Shown one piece after another: positions 30,144 through 39,076 of a stretch of DNA of 47,981 bases (position 1 is its first letter; every line of letters starts with the position of its first letter). The stretch is from an uncultured virus (IMG/VR IMGVR_UViG_2061766007_000189) (Duplodnaviria > Heunggongvirae > Uroviricota > Caudoviricetes). The notes under the pieces were generated by a model that saw nothing but the letters and a program-made list of their open reading frames with translations, searched no databases and was not told where the DNA came from. The DNA lies in IMG/VR virus record IMGVR_UViG_2061766007_000189. One strand, given 5' to 3'. Position numbers and translations under genes: made by a program.

Positions 30144-31558
30144 TTCTTTTCAACCTTGCCTTTATTTTCTGTACCTTGTAACAGCTCGCTTTCATTATCA
30201 GGTATAGTTTTACCCTTATACCCTGTTGCAAGCCTTGAAAGGCTGTCTGCGTTCATTTTCTTTAGCATTTCTGCCGCTTTGTCACCGTCACCGAGAATTG
30301 TTAAAATTTTTTCTGTAACATAATCGGGGTCAAGATATTCAGCCGCTTGCAGAACTGTTTGTACATCCTCGTTGACATTAATTAGCATTGACCGTGTAAA
30401 CGTTGGTTCGTCTTCAACCCCTGCAACTGCTAAAATACCTTGAATAAATTCAATTACGCAATATTCAAAATCATCACACTTAATATTCAACGGTTCGTAA
30501 GCTGCTTTTATTTCCGTAGCTGTTGCCGCTCCGCTTGAAATTGTTTCAACATCAAGAGCCATTGCATCACGGTATAAATCTTTTTCAAGCCGTTTCAAAA
30601 GCGTTTCACGAGCGTCAAAAGGCGGCTGAATGCTGTTAGGTTGTACTGTCACGGCGTCATCGGTAACAACTGCGTGCAGTTCACGGACACGTTTCAAAAA
30701 CTCAGCTAAATCAATATCGTCCATGCCGCCAGCGTTTTGCAACGTCCAGTAAATAAAACTTGCTTCGTCAATCGTGTTAGCAAATCCCGATTTTACCAAA
30801 TCAAAGCAATCAATCTGACTGCGAATATCATCTAAATCCGATTGATGTCGAGAATTTCCCCACATCGGAACAATGGGGAATGTTGGATAATTTTCGCCGT
30901 CATAAATCTCAACACCGCTTGCAATAGATGTACGAACTTTGAATTTATATGGTCTTTTCGGTTCTCTGACTTCGCCTGTGCCGTCTTTCCAAATAAACTC
31001 GGTATATCCGTCAATTTCGTATAATGTCGCTCTCAACGGCTTATTGGGAGCAATTTGCCAAAATCTTATCCCTGCTTTCATTGCTCCGTCTTCTTCATCG
31101 TAGAGCGGCACAAATTCAAGCAGTGTGAACATTTCAACGTGGTCAAGATTGAAAAAACCAAAAGCTTGACTATGCAAGGAAGCTTGTGTTGCTATTTTTT
31201 GTATTTGCGTATCAAATGGATATTTCTTATTACCTAATTTGTCGCTTGTATCGCTTTTGCTCCAGCCGACACCGTTACCGTTTAAGAACTGTACTTTTTG
31301 AGTTACAAATCTATGTAGAAAATTTGACGGCATTTTATAATTGGCACTCCAAATATCGGGGATTTTTTCGCCTGTTGCTTTGTAAAGCCATTTTTGAAAA
31401 CGTGTTATAGTGGTGTTTCTGCCCTCGTCATACTCTTTCCCGTCACGGGCTTTTGAATACAAATCGCTTGATTTATGTTGATTTATCGCCTGCAACACAA
31501 AGTCTATTCTGTTTTTCTCGTTATCGCCAACAGCGATTAAATCTTGATATGTGTACAT
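30140..31558 (-). CDS. Portal protein (SPP1-like)
   Basis: Size and position; FPIVP.WGN, ATATEIKAAYEPL. Confidence 0.9.
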   Translation of the reverse strand: MYTYQDLIAVGDNEKNRIDFVLQAINQHKSSDLYSKARDGKEYDEGRNTTITRFQKWLYKATGEKIPDIWSANYKMPSNFLHRFVTQKVQFLNGNGVGWSKSDTSDKLGNKKYPFDTQIQKIATQASLHSQAFGFFNLDHVEMFTLLEFVPLYDEEDGAMKAGIRFWQIAPNKPLRATLYEIDGYTEFIWKDGTGEVREPKRPYKFKVRTSIASGVEIYDGENYPTFPIVPMWGNSRHQSDLDDIRSQIDCFDLVKSGFANTIDEASFIYWTLQNAGGMDDIDLAEFLKRVRELHAVVTDDAVTVQPNSIQPPFDARETLLKRLEKDLYRDAMALDVETISSGAATATEIKAAYEPLNIKCDDFEYCVIEFIQGILAVAGVEDEPTFTRSMLINVNEDVQTVLQAAEYLDPDYVTEKILTILGDGDKAAEMLKKMNADSLSRLATGYKGKTIPDNESELLQGTENKGKVEKK

Positions 31559-32286
31559 TATGTATCACCTAAAATTCTCCATTTTGCAATCTCAAAATAA
31601 TGTTCGTCAAGTTCAAAACCTATGAAATTACGGTTTGTATTTACACACGCAACGCCTGTACTTCCACTTCCCATGCAGTTATCAAGCACCGTTTCGCCCT
31701 CATTGGTGTATGTCTTTATGAGATATTCCAACAAATCAACAGGCTTTTGTGTCGGGTGTATGGGCTTATCTTTGGAACAGTTGCATTGTGCAAATTTTAT
31801 CACATCAACAGGATAACGGCTTCCGTCCTCACAAATTGTTTCACACAAATCCTGTTTTCCATAATTTGTACTTGTCTTATTATGTGCTGCACGATAACAT
31901 TTATGACCGAATGTTTTTTGCGGATTATAAGTCGGGAGTTTATCATAAAAAATCAAGATGTTTTCGTGTGCTTTCAACGGCATTTTGTGAGAATTTAAAT
32001 GCCCTGTCCCTTGTGCTTTCTGCCATATCCATTCATACCTAAACCATTTTCGATTTGATACAATCAAGTCAACGCAAAACGGCATTTGCGAAAACAGTAC
32101 AATAGCTGCATTTGCTTTTATAATCCGTTTGTACTGTTCCCATAGTGCCTGCAAGTCTATTTTTTTATCCCATTTATTATTTGTTGTTCCATACGGCAAA
32201 TCACATAAAATCATATCAATTGAATTATCGGGAATATCTTTCATTAATTCTAAACAGTCGCCTTGCATTAATTTTGTGTTCGCCAT
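31558..32286 (-). CDS. DNA N6-adenine/N4-cytosine methyltransferase (beta class)
   Basis: DLPYG, HPTQKP, VLDNCMGSGSTG. Confidence 0.92.
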   Translation of the reverse strand: MANTKLMQGDCLELMKDIPDNSIDMILCDLPYGTTNNKWDKKIDLQALWEQYKRIIKANAAIVLFSQMPFCVDLIVSNRKWFRYEWIWQKAQGTGHLNSHKMPLKAHENILIFYDKLPTYNPQKTFGHKCYRAAHNKTSTNYGKQDLCETICEDGSRYPVDVIKFAQCNCSKDKPIHPTQKPVDLLEYLIKTYTNEGETVLDNCMGSGSTGVACVNTNRNFIGFELDEHYFEIAKWRILGDT

Positions 32287-32305
32287 ACAATTACCTCGCC
32301 GCTTC

Positions 32306-33511
32306 CTAATAAATATCCCCATAAGCCCGTTTTACTCTTGCAATGTGTTTGGTTTTTACAAAATATCTCATACTGTCCATTAAATGGTCGTTCTCTTTTA
32401 ACGGTTTTTCTGTTCCCTCTTCCCACACGTAAGATTCACATTCGTTTCTCCAATTTTTGAGTGTAGGTGAAAATTTAATCAGCCCTCTGTGCATTGCCGA
32501 CGCTGTTTCTCTTATTCCATCTTCAACAGCATTATCAGCCGAACGGACTTTGCTCCAATTCTTTTTCTTGAGTAAAGCAATAAAAGAAGCCGCCGAGGGG
32601 TCGATAATCGTTTCAAGCTTTTCGCCCGGCAAAATATACGGTTCTACAAATTCATCCATATCTTTTCCGTATTCATCATCGGTTTTCTGCCTGTTGGTCG
32701 CTCTGCCACTGTAATAGTATTCATTTACCGCATACCATACACCGCCGTGTTTTTCCCAATATAACGCTGCAAATGGGTTCTGTGTACCATAGTCGATTGA
32801 TAAACATTTAGCTTCTATCGGAGTGTTGGGAGCTTCTGCAATTGCTTCTTGATACATTGGATATATTAAACCCTCTGCAAGCACCCATAAACCGAGGATA
32901 AACCGTTCATAAAAAACACCTGTGTACTCACGTTTAATGTTTTCCACATAATCTCCAGGCAATGTGGAATTATCGTCAAGTAAAAATTTTACATCAAGCA
33001 TATCAAGGCTATCTTGCCTGTCGATATAGTCCGTCTTTAACCAATGTGATGGACTATCAGGGTTAGTTGTTGCTATTAATTTAGCTTCAGGCAAACGCAA
33101 ACGAGATAATAACATTGTAAAAAAATCTCTGGGGAACTGCGTAAGCTCGTCACAGTATGCACCTTGTAAAGTTAAACCTCTTATTTTTGCTTCACTCCGT
33201 GCATCATTTGCACCCTCTAAAAAAATTTTTCTGCCGAAAAGGTTGCCCTCTTTTGCCGACAAGCTAAAGGTAAAATTACTTTCTCCGACAAGTTCTTGCA
33301 AGAGCAACAGGCAGTTTCTTTTCAGAGTTGTTAGCGACTTTGCACACATCATATACAGCTTATCTTCGGGCATCGTTTTAACCCAAAACGCCCATAGAAC
33401 AAGCGAAATCCACGTTTTTCCGCTTGAAACACTTCCCTCTAAAAGGTTAATCCTTTTCAGTTGGTTCGTCTGCCAGAGTGCCATTAGCTGTAGTTGTTTC
33501 TGCGTATACAT
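32306..33511 (-). CDS. terL: Terminase large subunit (PBSX type)
   Basis: GSVSSGKT Walker A, AYCDE Walker B, TTNP, IDYG, NDHLMDSMRY. Confidence 0.95.
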   Translation of the reverse strand: MYTQKQLQLMALWQTNQLKRINLLEGSVSSGKTWISLVLWAFWVKTMPEDKLYMMCAKSLTTLKRNCLLLLQELVGESNFTFSLSAKEGNLFGRKIFLEGANDARSEAKIRGLTLQGAYCDELTQFPRDFFTMLLSRLRLPEAKLIATTNPDSPSHWLKTDYIDRQDSLDMLDVKFLLDDNSTLPGDYVENIKREYTGVFYERFILGLWVLAEGLIYPMYQEAIAEAPNTPIEAKCLSIDYGTQNPFAALYWEKHGGVWYAVNEYYYSGRATNRQKTDDEYGKDMDEFVEPYILPGEKLETIIDPSAASFIALLKKKNWSKVRSADNAVEDGIRETASAMHRGLIKFSPTLKNWRNECESYVWEEGTEKPLKENDHLMDSMRYFVKTKHIARVKRAYGDIY

Positions 33512-33854
33512 TATTTTTTAACCCATTTATCAAATCTGCAAGCTGTCCGTTTGCGGTATCGGTGTTTTCATACTGGATTTTATCCGACTGCCCTAAATAA
33601 TTCTTTCCGAGAAATATTGCCATTGCCGGAGACTTTTCAGCAAGTTTGAATTGTGAACGTCTAAGGCTCATTTTGCCCTTTGCCGAGTGCTTTTTAAATG
33701 CGTCCGCAAAATTCTCTTTATATGTGCGTTTGCACCAACGTTCTATTGTATCTGGAGAACAATCAAATGCTCCTGCAATCTCTTCAAGAGTGCATTGCAG
33801 ACCGCAAAGGTTCTCGAACATTTTTTTATCAATTTCTTTTCTCGGTCTGCCCAT
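33447..33854 (-). CDS. terS: Terminase small subunit-like HTH protein
   Basis: MGRPRKEID...CT..EIA..F.CS.DTIERW...MAIFLGKNYLGQ; directly upstream of terL. Confidence 0.8.
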   Translation of the reverse strand: MGRPRKEIDKKMFENLCGLQCTLEEIAGAFDCSPDTIERWCKRTYKENFADAFKKHSAKGKMSLRRSQFKLAEKSPAMAIFLGKNYLGQSDKIQYENTDTANGQLADLINGLKNNVYAETTTANGTLADEPTEKD

Positions 33855-33863
33855 TTAATCACC

Positions 33864-33929
33864 TCAATTCAATTTAACAGCCTTTTGCCCTGTGAATTTC
33901 TCCCAACGCCGAATGATAACATCACTCAT
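33864..33929 (-). pseudogene. Orphaned C-terminus of the ParB-methyltransferase
   Basis: SDVIIRRWEKFTGQKAVKLN* is the typical end of this phage MTase family. Confidence 0.7.
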
Positions 33930-34659
33930 TATTCCACCTTGCCTTCCATCCGTAATTGTCTGTTTCTTTATGGCATTCATGACATAGAGTTAAGCCATTA
34001 TCAACATCAAACATCAATTCTGGATATCTGCAACGCTCTTTTATGTGATGTGCCTCTATATTCCTTTTTCGTTGACCGCATTTCTGACAAGTAAAATTAT
34101 CTCTCTTAAATACGGACAACCGCCATTCTTTATATTCAGCACTCGTTCTTAATAACTCAGATTCTTTCGTTTTGCCACCTTGCCAAAAATGAGATTGTTC
34201 CCCCTTGCGTTCTCTGTATGCTAAATTTCTGCATTCATTTGAGCAATAGATTTTATTTCTTTTTGTGGATGTTTGAAACTTTTTTCCGCATATTGGACAT
34301 TCTCTATTTTCTGTTGCCCTCTTGCTCCAACATTCCTTTGAACAATAAATCGTCTGCCTGTTTTTATGGTCGTGTATTGCTCGAAACTCTTTGTCACATA
34401 CAGGGCAAGTTGCAATTCTCGCTCTTTGCAAATGCGGATAATGCTTGCCTTTTTTACCATCTGTTTTTCTGTAATTATATCCACATTCTTTTGAGCAATA
34501 TTTTTGGTCTAATCGTTCCGGATGAAACCATTTTCCGCACTCGCATTGATTCCATCCTTGAAATCTGCCTTTACCACAAGCATTACAAATCGTGTTTTTA
34601 TTCTCCGGCTTTTCTGTTGTTTCATAACCGCATTTATTGCAAATCCATTTCTGCTCCAC
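33922..34659 (-). CDS. HNH endonuclease with repeated Zn-finger motifs
   Basis: C..C.K.F...YCS.EC repeats; VFKRDNFTCQKCG...AHHI...NGLTLCHECH. Confidence 0.9.
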   Translation of the reverse strand: MEQKWICNKCGYETTEKPENKNTICNACGKGRFQGWNQCECGKWFHPERLDQKYCSKECGYNYRKTDGKKGKHYPHLQRARIATCPVCDKEFRAIHDHKNRQTIYCSKECWSKRATENRECPICGKKFQTSTKRNKIYCSNECRNLAYRERKGEQSHFWQGGKTKESELLRTSAEYKEWRLSVFKRDNFTCQKCGQRKRNIEAHHIKERCRYPELMFDVDNGLTLCHECHKETDNYGWKARWNNE

Positions 34660-34677
34660 AATTACCACCTCTTGATA

Positions 34678-34706
34678 ATTATATCACATTAAATGAATTC
34701 TGTCAA
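34678..34706 (-). promoter_or_regulatory. Consensus sigma-A promoter for the HNH gene
   Basis: TTGACA-17-TATAAT with TG; the -35 box overlaps the MTase stop codon. Confidence 0.75.
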
Positions 34707-35881
34707 TGCCCCGCTATCTCTGTGTATGGTATCTTTTTCCCATCCTTAATCAAGAACACATCTGCATCCGAACCCTTAAAGTTTATATATCTTTGCAAAA
34801 TCACGGAAACATATTTGGGATCGAGTTCAACCATATAGCATTTCCTGTTTAGCTGTTCACAGGCTATTAGTGTGCTACCACTACCACCGAAACAGTCTAA
34901 TACTATCTGCTGTTTATCTGTTGTATGTCTTATTGCGTTTGCTGATAATTCAACAGGTTTTTGTGTCGGATGTTCATAATCATTCGCATTGTCTTTGCCT
35001 ATGCTCCACACACTACCTATACGCTTTTCTCGGATTTCCTCGCCATTATTGGCACATAAAATCACTTCATAATCAGTTGAAAATGTATGTTTCAAATCTC
35101 CAATGCCACCGCCACCTTTATCCCATATAACCATATTGGATAATTCAAAATATTGTTTGAACAGTGGCAACCATTTATCCAAGACTTTCCAAGTGGTACA
35201 TATCATCACAAATCCTTTTACTCTTCCGAGCAAGTTTGGGAAAAAGTTTAATATTTTATCGTCATTCTCCAATACATCAAATTTCTCTGATTTTGTTCGC
35301 ATATTGGACTGATAATTGTAGCCGTATGGCGGATCGGTAAACACCATATTAGCCTTTACCCCATCCATAAGCCTATCAATAACCGCAACATCCGTAGAAT
35401 CTCCGCATATAAGTTTGTGGTCGCCTAACTGCCACAAATCGCCAATTTTACATCTTGTTTCTACTTCTTCGGGAACTTCATCTTCTACAATTTCTTCTGT
35501 GGTTTTGTCATCGTCAAAATTCAAATCAAATCCAAAATCTGACATATCAATATCAAAAATGCCGTCAAGCTCTTCACCGAGTAAATCAAAATCCCATTCG
35601 GCAAGCTCCCCAACCTTGTTGTCTGCAAGCCTAAAAGCCTTTATTTGCTCGTCATTTAAATCATCGGCAATCACGCACGGAACTGTTTTCAAGCCGAGCT
35701 TCTTTGCGGCTTTTAGCCTTGTGTGACCGCAAACAACATTGTTTTCCTTGTCAATCACAATCGGAACTTTAAAGCCGAACTCACGAATAGAATTTGCAAC
35801 AGGGTCAACCGCTCCGTCATTTTTTCGAGGGTTGTTCGCATATGGAATCAATTTATTTATATCAACATCAATTAAGTTCAT
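34703..35881 (-). CDS. ParB-N domain fused to an N6/N4 DNA methyltransferase
   Basis: PYANNPR.N...SI.EFGF..PIVID...GHTR; DPPY, HPTQKP, DCFGGSGST. Confidence 0.92.
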   Translation of the reverse strand: MNLIDVDINKLIPYANNPRKNDGAVDPVANSIREFGFKVPIVIDKENNVVCGHTRLKAAKKLGLKTVPCVIADDLNDEQIKAFRLADNKVGELAEWDFDLLGEELDGIFDIDMSDFGFDLNFDDDKTTEEIVEDEVPEEVETRCKIGDLWQLGDHKLICGDSTDVAVIDRLMDGVKANMVFTDPPYGYNYQSNMRTKSEKFDVLENDDKILNFFPNLLGRVKGFVMICTTWKVLDKWLPLFKQYFELSNMVIWDKGGGGIGDLKHTFSTDYEVILCANNGEEIREKRIGSVWSIGKDNANDYEHPTQKPVELSANAIRHTTDKQQIVLDCFGGSGSTLIACEQLNRKCYMVELDPKYVSVILQRYINFKGSDADVFLIKDGKKIPYTEIAGH

Positions 35882-35987
35882 ACAAACACCTTTTTTAATT
35901 TTATTTGCACAAAACCGCCCTTTCTGACCTTTAGGGCGGTTTATACAATTAATCCAAAATAAAGAGAAATCCAAAAATGTAAACACG

Positions 35988-36062
35988 TGGTAGCAAGAGT
36001 AGGATTTGCACCCACAATCTCCCAATTATAAGTCGGGTGTTTTGCTGTTAAACTATCTCGCC
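35988..36062 (-). tRNA. tRNA-Ile(UAU)
   Basis: 75-nt cloverleaf GGCGAGA/TCTTGCT, anticodon loop CT-TAT-AA, encoded CCA; atypical D loop (no GG) and T loop (TGCAAAT). Confidence 0.8.
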
Positions 36063-36148
36063 ATATTTGCAGGCTGGTTTGAAACGCAGCCTGCATTTTT
36101 ACACCAGAAAGAAGATAATATGAACGACTGACTACCGCCCATGATTTA

Positions 36149-36182
36149 ATTATACTACAACTAAAACGGACAAAGCGGACAA
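36149..36182 (-). promoter_or_regulatory. Putative activator-dependent late promoter
   Basis: Two TTGTCCG direct repeats in place of the -35 box, then TATAAT; same layout at 46812-46844. Confidence 0.65.
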
Positions 36183-36226
36183 CTTTTCGTGTTGTCTGCT
36201 TTGCCCTTTGTGCTTATTCGCATGCA

Positions 36227-36394
36227 TTAATCGCCCAATACTTTCGCCTTTACCCGTTCGTACAGCTCTTCTACCTCTTTCGGCGAGAGAGTCGTTCGCA
36301 CTACCTTTACCAACTGTTCTTTCGTAAGCCAAATGCCTTTTTTGGGACTTCCAATCAGGTATAATGTTGGCTTGCTATTTTTATTATTATTCAT
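36227..36394 (-). CDS. 55-aa hypothetical protein
   Basis: MNNNKNSKPTLYLIGSPKKGIWL...; start overlaps the upstream stop. Confidence 0.5.
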   Translation of the reverse strand: MNNNKNSKPTLYLIGSPKKGIWLTKEQLVKVVRTTLSPKEVEELYERVKAKVLGD

Positions 36395-36692
36395 TTTTCA
36401 CCCGCTTTATAACATCATCGGCGGTAAGCCAGCCTGCAACTGAGTTTCCATCTTTCTCCTCGTCAACGATATCGCCGTATATCTCAAGCAACCCTTGTTC
36501 ATATCCGTATGAACCGTAGTGGCAAATCGCATCCCATTTAAAACAGCCTTCATTATCATAAACAACCACTTGATTGCGCCCAAGATCTATTTCATTGCCG
36601 CCAGGGAATGCCACAATGTTGGTTTCCTTAATTCGTTCGTAATTTGCTCCGCTCTTGTCCAGATACTCAACTAATTTTTCCATTTCCGTCAT
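36387..36692 (-). CDS. Hypothetical phage protein
   Basis: Coupled ORF; WDAIC..GSYG..GLLEI. Confidence 0.65.
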   Translation of the reverse strand: MTEMEKLVEYLDKSGANYERIKETNIVAFPGGNEIDLGRNQVVVYDNEGCFKWDAICHYGSYGYEQGLLEIYGDIVDEEKDGNSVAGWLTADDVIKRVKNE

Positions 36693-36697
36693 TGCCT

Positions 36698-37057
36698 TCA
36701 CCTCTCATTTTTCTGTATATACCTATGACACATCTTTCTAATGCTTTCCTGCGTATTCCCACCGCCCACTCTCTGAGCGATATCCCTCCATCTCCGCCCT
36801 TCGATGTAGTGCATTCTCAGCATTACTCCAACATACTCGTCACACCGCTGTAAATAGACTTCTACAGCGTTCAGTCTTTGCTTTAGGTATTCTATATCCT
36901 TTTGCAGTTTATCACGCTCGTTTCGGCTTATTTCGGCTTTTTCGGGGTCTTTGTTTTCGATAGCCTGAATTTTCAGAGTTAACTCATCAAATTCATCTTC
37001 AAGCAGCAATTTTCGCCCTTTAAGCTTTCGATACTGCCGTAATTGGTTAATGGTCAA
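36698..37057 (-). CDS. RinA/ArpU-like late transcription activator
   Basis: MT..QL.QYR, coiled coil, C-terminal HTH YIEG..W..IA..VGG.NT..S.RK. Confidence 0.7.
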   Translation of the reverse strand: MTINQLRQYRKLKGRKLLLEDEFDELTLKIQAIENKDPEKAEISRNERDKLQKDIEYLKQRLNAVEVYLQRCDEYVGVMLRMHYIEGRRWRDIAQRVGGGNTQESIRKMCHRYIQKNER

Positions 37058-37061
37058 AATA

Positions 37062-37292
37062 TCAACCCTCTTTCTCTTTGATAGCTTTCGCCCTCTCCTC
37101 TATCCCCTTTGCGATACACAGACATTCCATTTTTTGCTCAAAGAGCATGGATAAATCCTTTTCAAGCTTCATTCGTTCAATGTTGCCGAGCTTTGCTTTA
37201 CGCTTCGTTTTTGTTTGCTGGATGCGGTGCTCGACTGCCTCTGCTTCCTGTCGGTATTCGTTCGCCCAGTTAAAATAGTCTTCCGAAGTCAT
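37062..37292 (-). CDS. Hypothetical protein
   Basis: Coupled ORF; homologous tail at about 47213-47303. Confidence 0.6.
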   Translation of the reverse strand: MTSEDYFNWANEYRQEAEAVEHRIQQTKTKRKAKLGNIERMKLEKDLSMLFEQKMECLCIAKGIEERAKAIKEKEG

Positions 37293-37606
37293 TTATTTAA
37301 CCAACCTCTTTCCTTGTAAGCTCTGTAAAAACCGTAGCTATAATTCGTTCCGTGTTCGGCATTGTAAGCACGTCTTTCAAACTCAAGAAGAACCAAAGGG
37401 TCATTAGACATTTTCTTGTTTCGACCTCGTTTTTTCGCCGTTTGAATCTTCTCGTCAAGGTTCTTGATGTCAATTCCCCTAGGTCTGCCCGGTTCTTTCT
37501 CTTTCAGTTCTCTTTGGTATTGTCGGTTCTTCTCCCGGCACTTGTTGCACATTCTGTAAACGGTATTTTCGTTAAACTCTTTTCGACATCTGGTGCATAT
37601 TCTCAT
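37289..37606 (-). CDS. Small Zn-finger hypothetical protein
   Basis: CTRC...CNKC; YNAEHGTNYSYG. Confidence 0.6.
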   Translation of the reverse strand: MRICTRCRKEFNENTVYRMCNKCREKNRQYQRELKEKEPGRPRGIDIKNLDEKIQTAKKRGRNKKMSNDPLVLLEFERRAYNAEHGTNYSYGFYRAYKERGWLNK

Positions 37607-37623
37607 TTTATCACCTTTCCCTT

Positions 37624-38415
37624 TTACAATCCGATGTTTCCGTAAGTTTTTTTGAGCCATTCAAAAAACTTCGGGTACATCTGCTTATAATGCCACAACA
37701 TACCATTTCTGATAATCGCCGTGTTGTATAGCATTGTAATCTCGTTACGGTTTACCTGCCTATCGATATACGGATAATCGTAAATAGACAAATATTTTAA
37801 ATTATTGCTAAAAATATAACTCCATATATCAATATTAGTAAAATTAAGCAGCGGACAGCAAGTAACCGATTGTCGATTTTCGGTTTGATAAATCGCACCT
37901 TTTTGATTTAAAACAATCCGCCTACGCTTGCTTTCGTCTTTTCGCATTCCGATTATATTTAAATCAATGTTATTTTCTTCTTCAAACTCTTTCGACTTTT
38001 TTACATAATCATAATTAGTTTGATTGAAAATACGCTTTTCTTCTTCGTTTTCTGGGAACAGCGTGAATCTGCCACACTGCTCCCAACAGTCAACCTCGCC
38101 CAAACAATCTATAATTTGATATTTTAATCCGTGTAAGTCGGCATAATATTTCAGCAATTCAATGTTTTCCTCGGGCGTTTCGACATCTGTACAAATGCCA
38201 TATTTAAAAAACATCAACGTACCTTTAAACCCTGCCTTTACAGCGATGTCTATCAATACCACACTATCCTTTCCGCTGCTAAAGGATAGTGCAGCATTGG
38301 TTGAATCATCTAACGCTGTCTTGACAGTTTCGGTCGCTAATTTTACTTTGCGTTTAAAATTAGCCATTTTAGCCGAAATAAGGTACATCTCCTTATCGTC
38401 GTTAGATAGGTACAT
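37624..38415 (-). CDS. cysH: CysH/PAPS-reductase-like PP-loop protein of the type IV-B locus
   Basis: SFSSGKDS PP-loop, GMRKDES.RR, PL..F...DIW.YI..NNL.Y..IYD; start overlaps the csf3 stop. Confidence 0.88.
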   Translation of the reverse strand: MYLSNDDKEMYLISAKMANFKRKVKLATETVKTALDDSTNAALSFSSGKDSVVLIDIAVKAGFKGTLMFFKYGICTDVETPEENIELLKYYADLHGLKYQIIDCLGEVDCWEQCGRFTLFPENEEEKRIFNQTNYDYVKKSKEFEEENNIDLNIIGMRKDESKRRRIVLNQKGAIYQTENRQSVTCCPLLNFTNIDIWSYIFSNNLKYLSIYDYPYIDRQVNRNEITMLYNTAIIRNGMLWHYKQMYPKFFEWLKKTYGNIGL

Positions 38416-39076
38416 AACATAACCTCTGATTTATAGTTTTCCAGTACGGCGGTCTTATTGCATACTCCATAATTGGACAGTCATAGGTCTTGTCTGCTTT
38501 TTCAACCTCGATTGGTCGCATAAGACCGTATTTGGGATGCTCAGTTGTATAATCCTCCTCGATTTCTTCAACGTCCCACCTGTCAACGATTCCGAAGCCC
38601 ATAGCAGTCTTTTTGCCAACACCAATCATAAGGTTTAACAGTTCTTCGATTTTATCTTTTTTGCCAACAGCATAAAAAGTGAGGATTCCGTTTTTAACTG
38701 TTCGGATAAGTTGTGGGTTGCGATAAGCTCTATACAAGCCTACACTGTCGCTTATTATCCCCTTGTCCATATCGAGATAGTCTAATTTATCGCTAGCAAA
38801 AAAGTCGGGACGTTTGTTGTAATGCTCTACAATCTTGTCTATCTCTTGATAAACTGCCTTACTTGCCGCCCATCTGTTGCCCTCTAGATGTACAAGCGGT
38901 AAACCAACATATCCGATTTGCTCCGGCTTATACACTCCCTCCAGAACGTGAGGAGCGTGTTTCAAAAACCAAGCGTGATAAAGTATACTGTCAAACATCA
39001 AGATTCCGTCTGCACTGCTAAATCTGCCATCTAAAAGATGAGCTGTAATCTTAAGCGGTACGCATTTACTTGGCAT
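38402..39076 (-). CDS. csf3: Csf3 (Cas5-group RAMP)
   Basis: D.IL...W, LPL, WAAS, G.YRAYR.P, FYAVG...IEELL, G-rich loop GVGKKTAMGFG.V..W, RPI, RPPYW. Confidence 0.85.
   Translation of the reverse strand: MPSKCVPLKITAHLLDGRFSSADGILMFDSILYHAWFLKHAPHVLEGVYKPEQIGYVGLPLVHLEGNRWAASKAVYQEIDKIVEHYNKRPDFFASDKLDYLDMDKGIISDSVGLYRAYRNPQLIRTVKNGILTFYAVGKKDKIEELLNLMIGVGKKTAMGFGIVDRWDVEEIEEDYTTEHPKYGLMRPIEVEKADKTYDCPIMEYAIRPPYWKTINQRLCYVPI

Noticed and set aside
34703..36025. ORF-track 5' extension of the ParB-MTase, and similar extensions of csf1 (41141) and the gp10-like gene (28961)
   Set aside because: The extensions overlap a tRNA or upstream genes; better starts lie at 35881, 40994 and 28880.
37624..38415. 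cysH as an auxiliary sulfur-metabolism gene or part of a Dnd phosphorothioation system
   Set aside because: It lacks the catalytic C-terminal Cys motif, has no cys or dnd neighbours, and is coupled to csf3.
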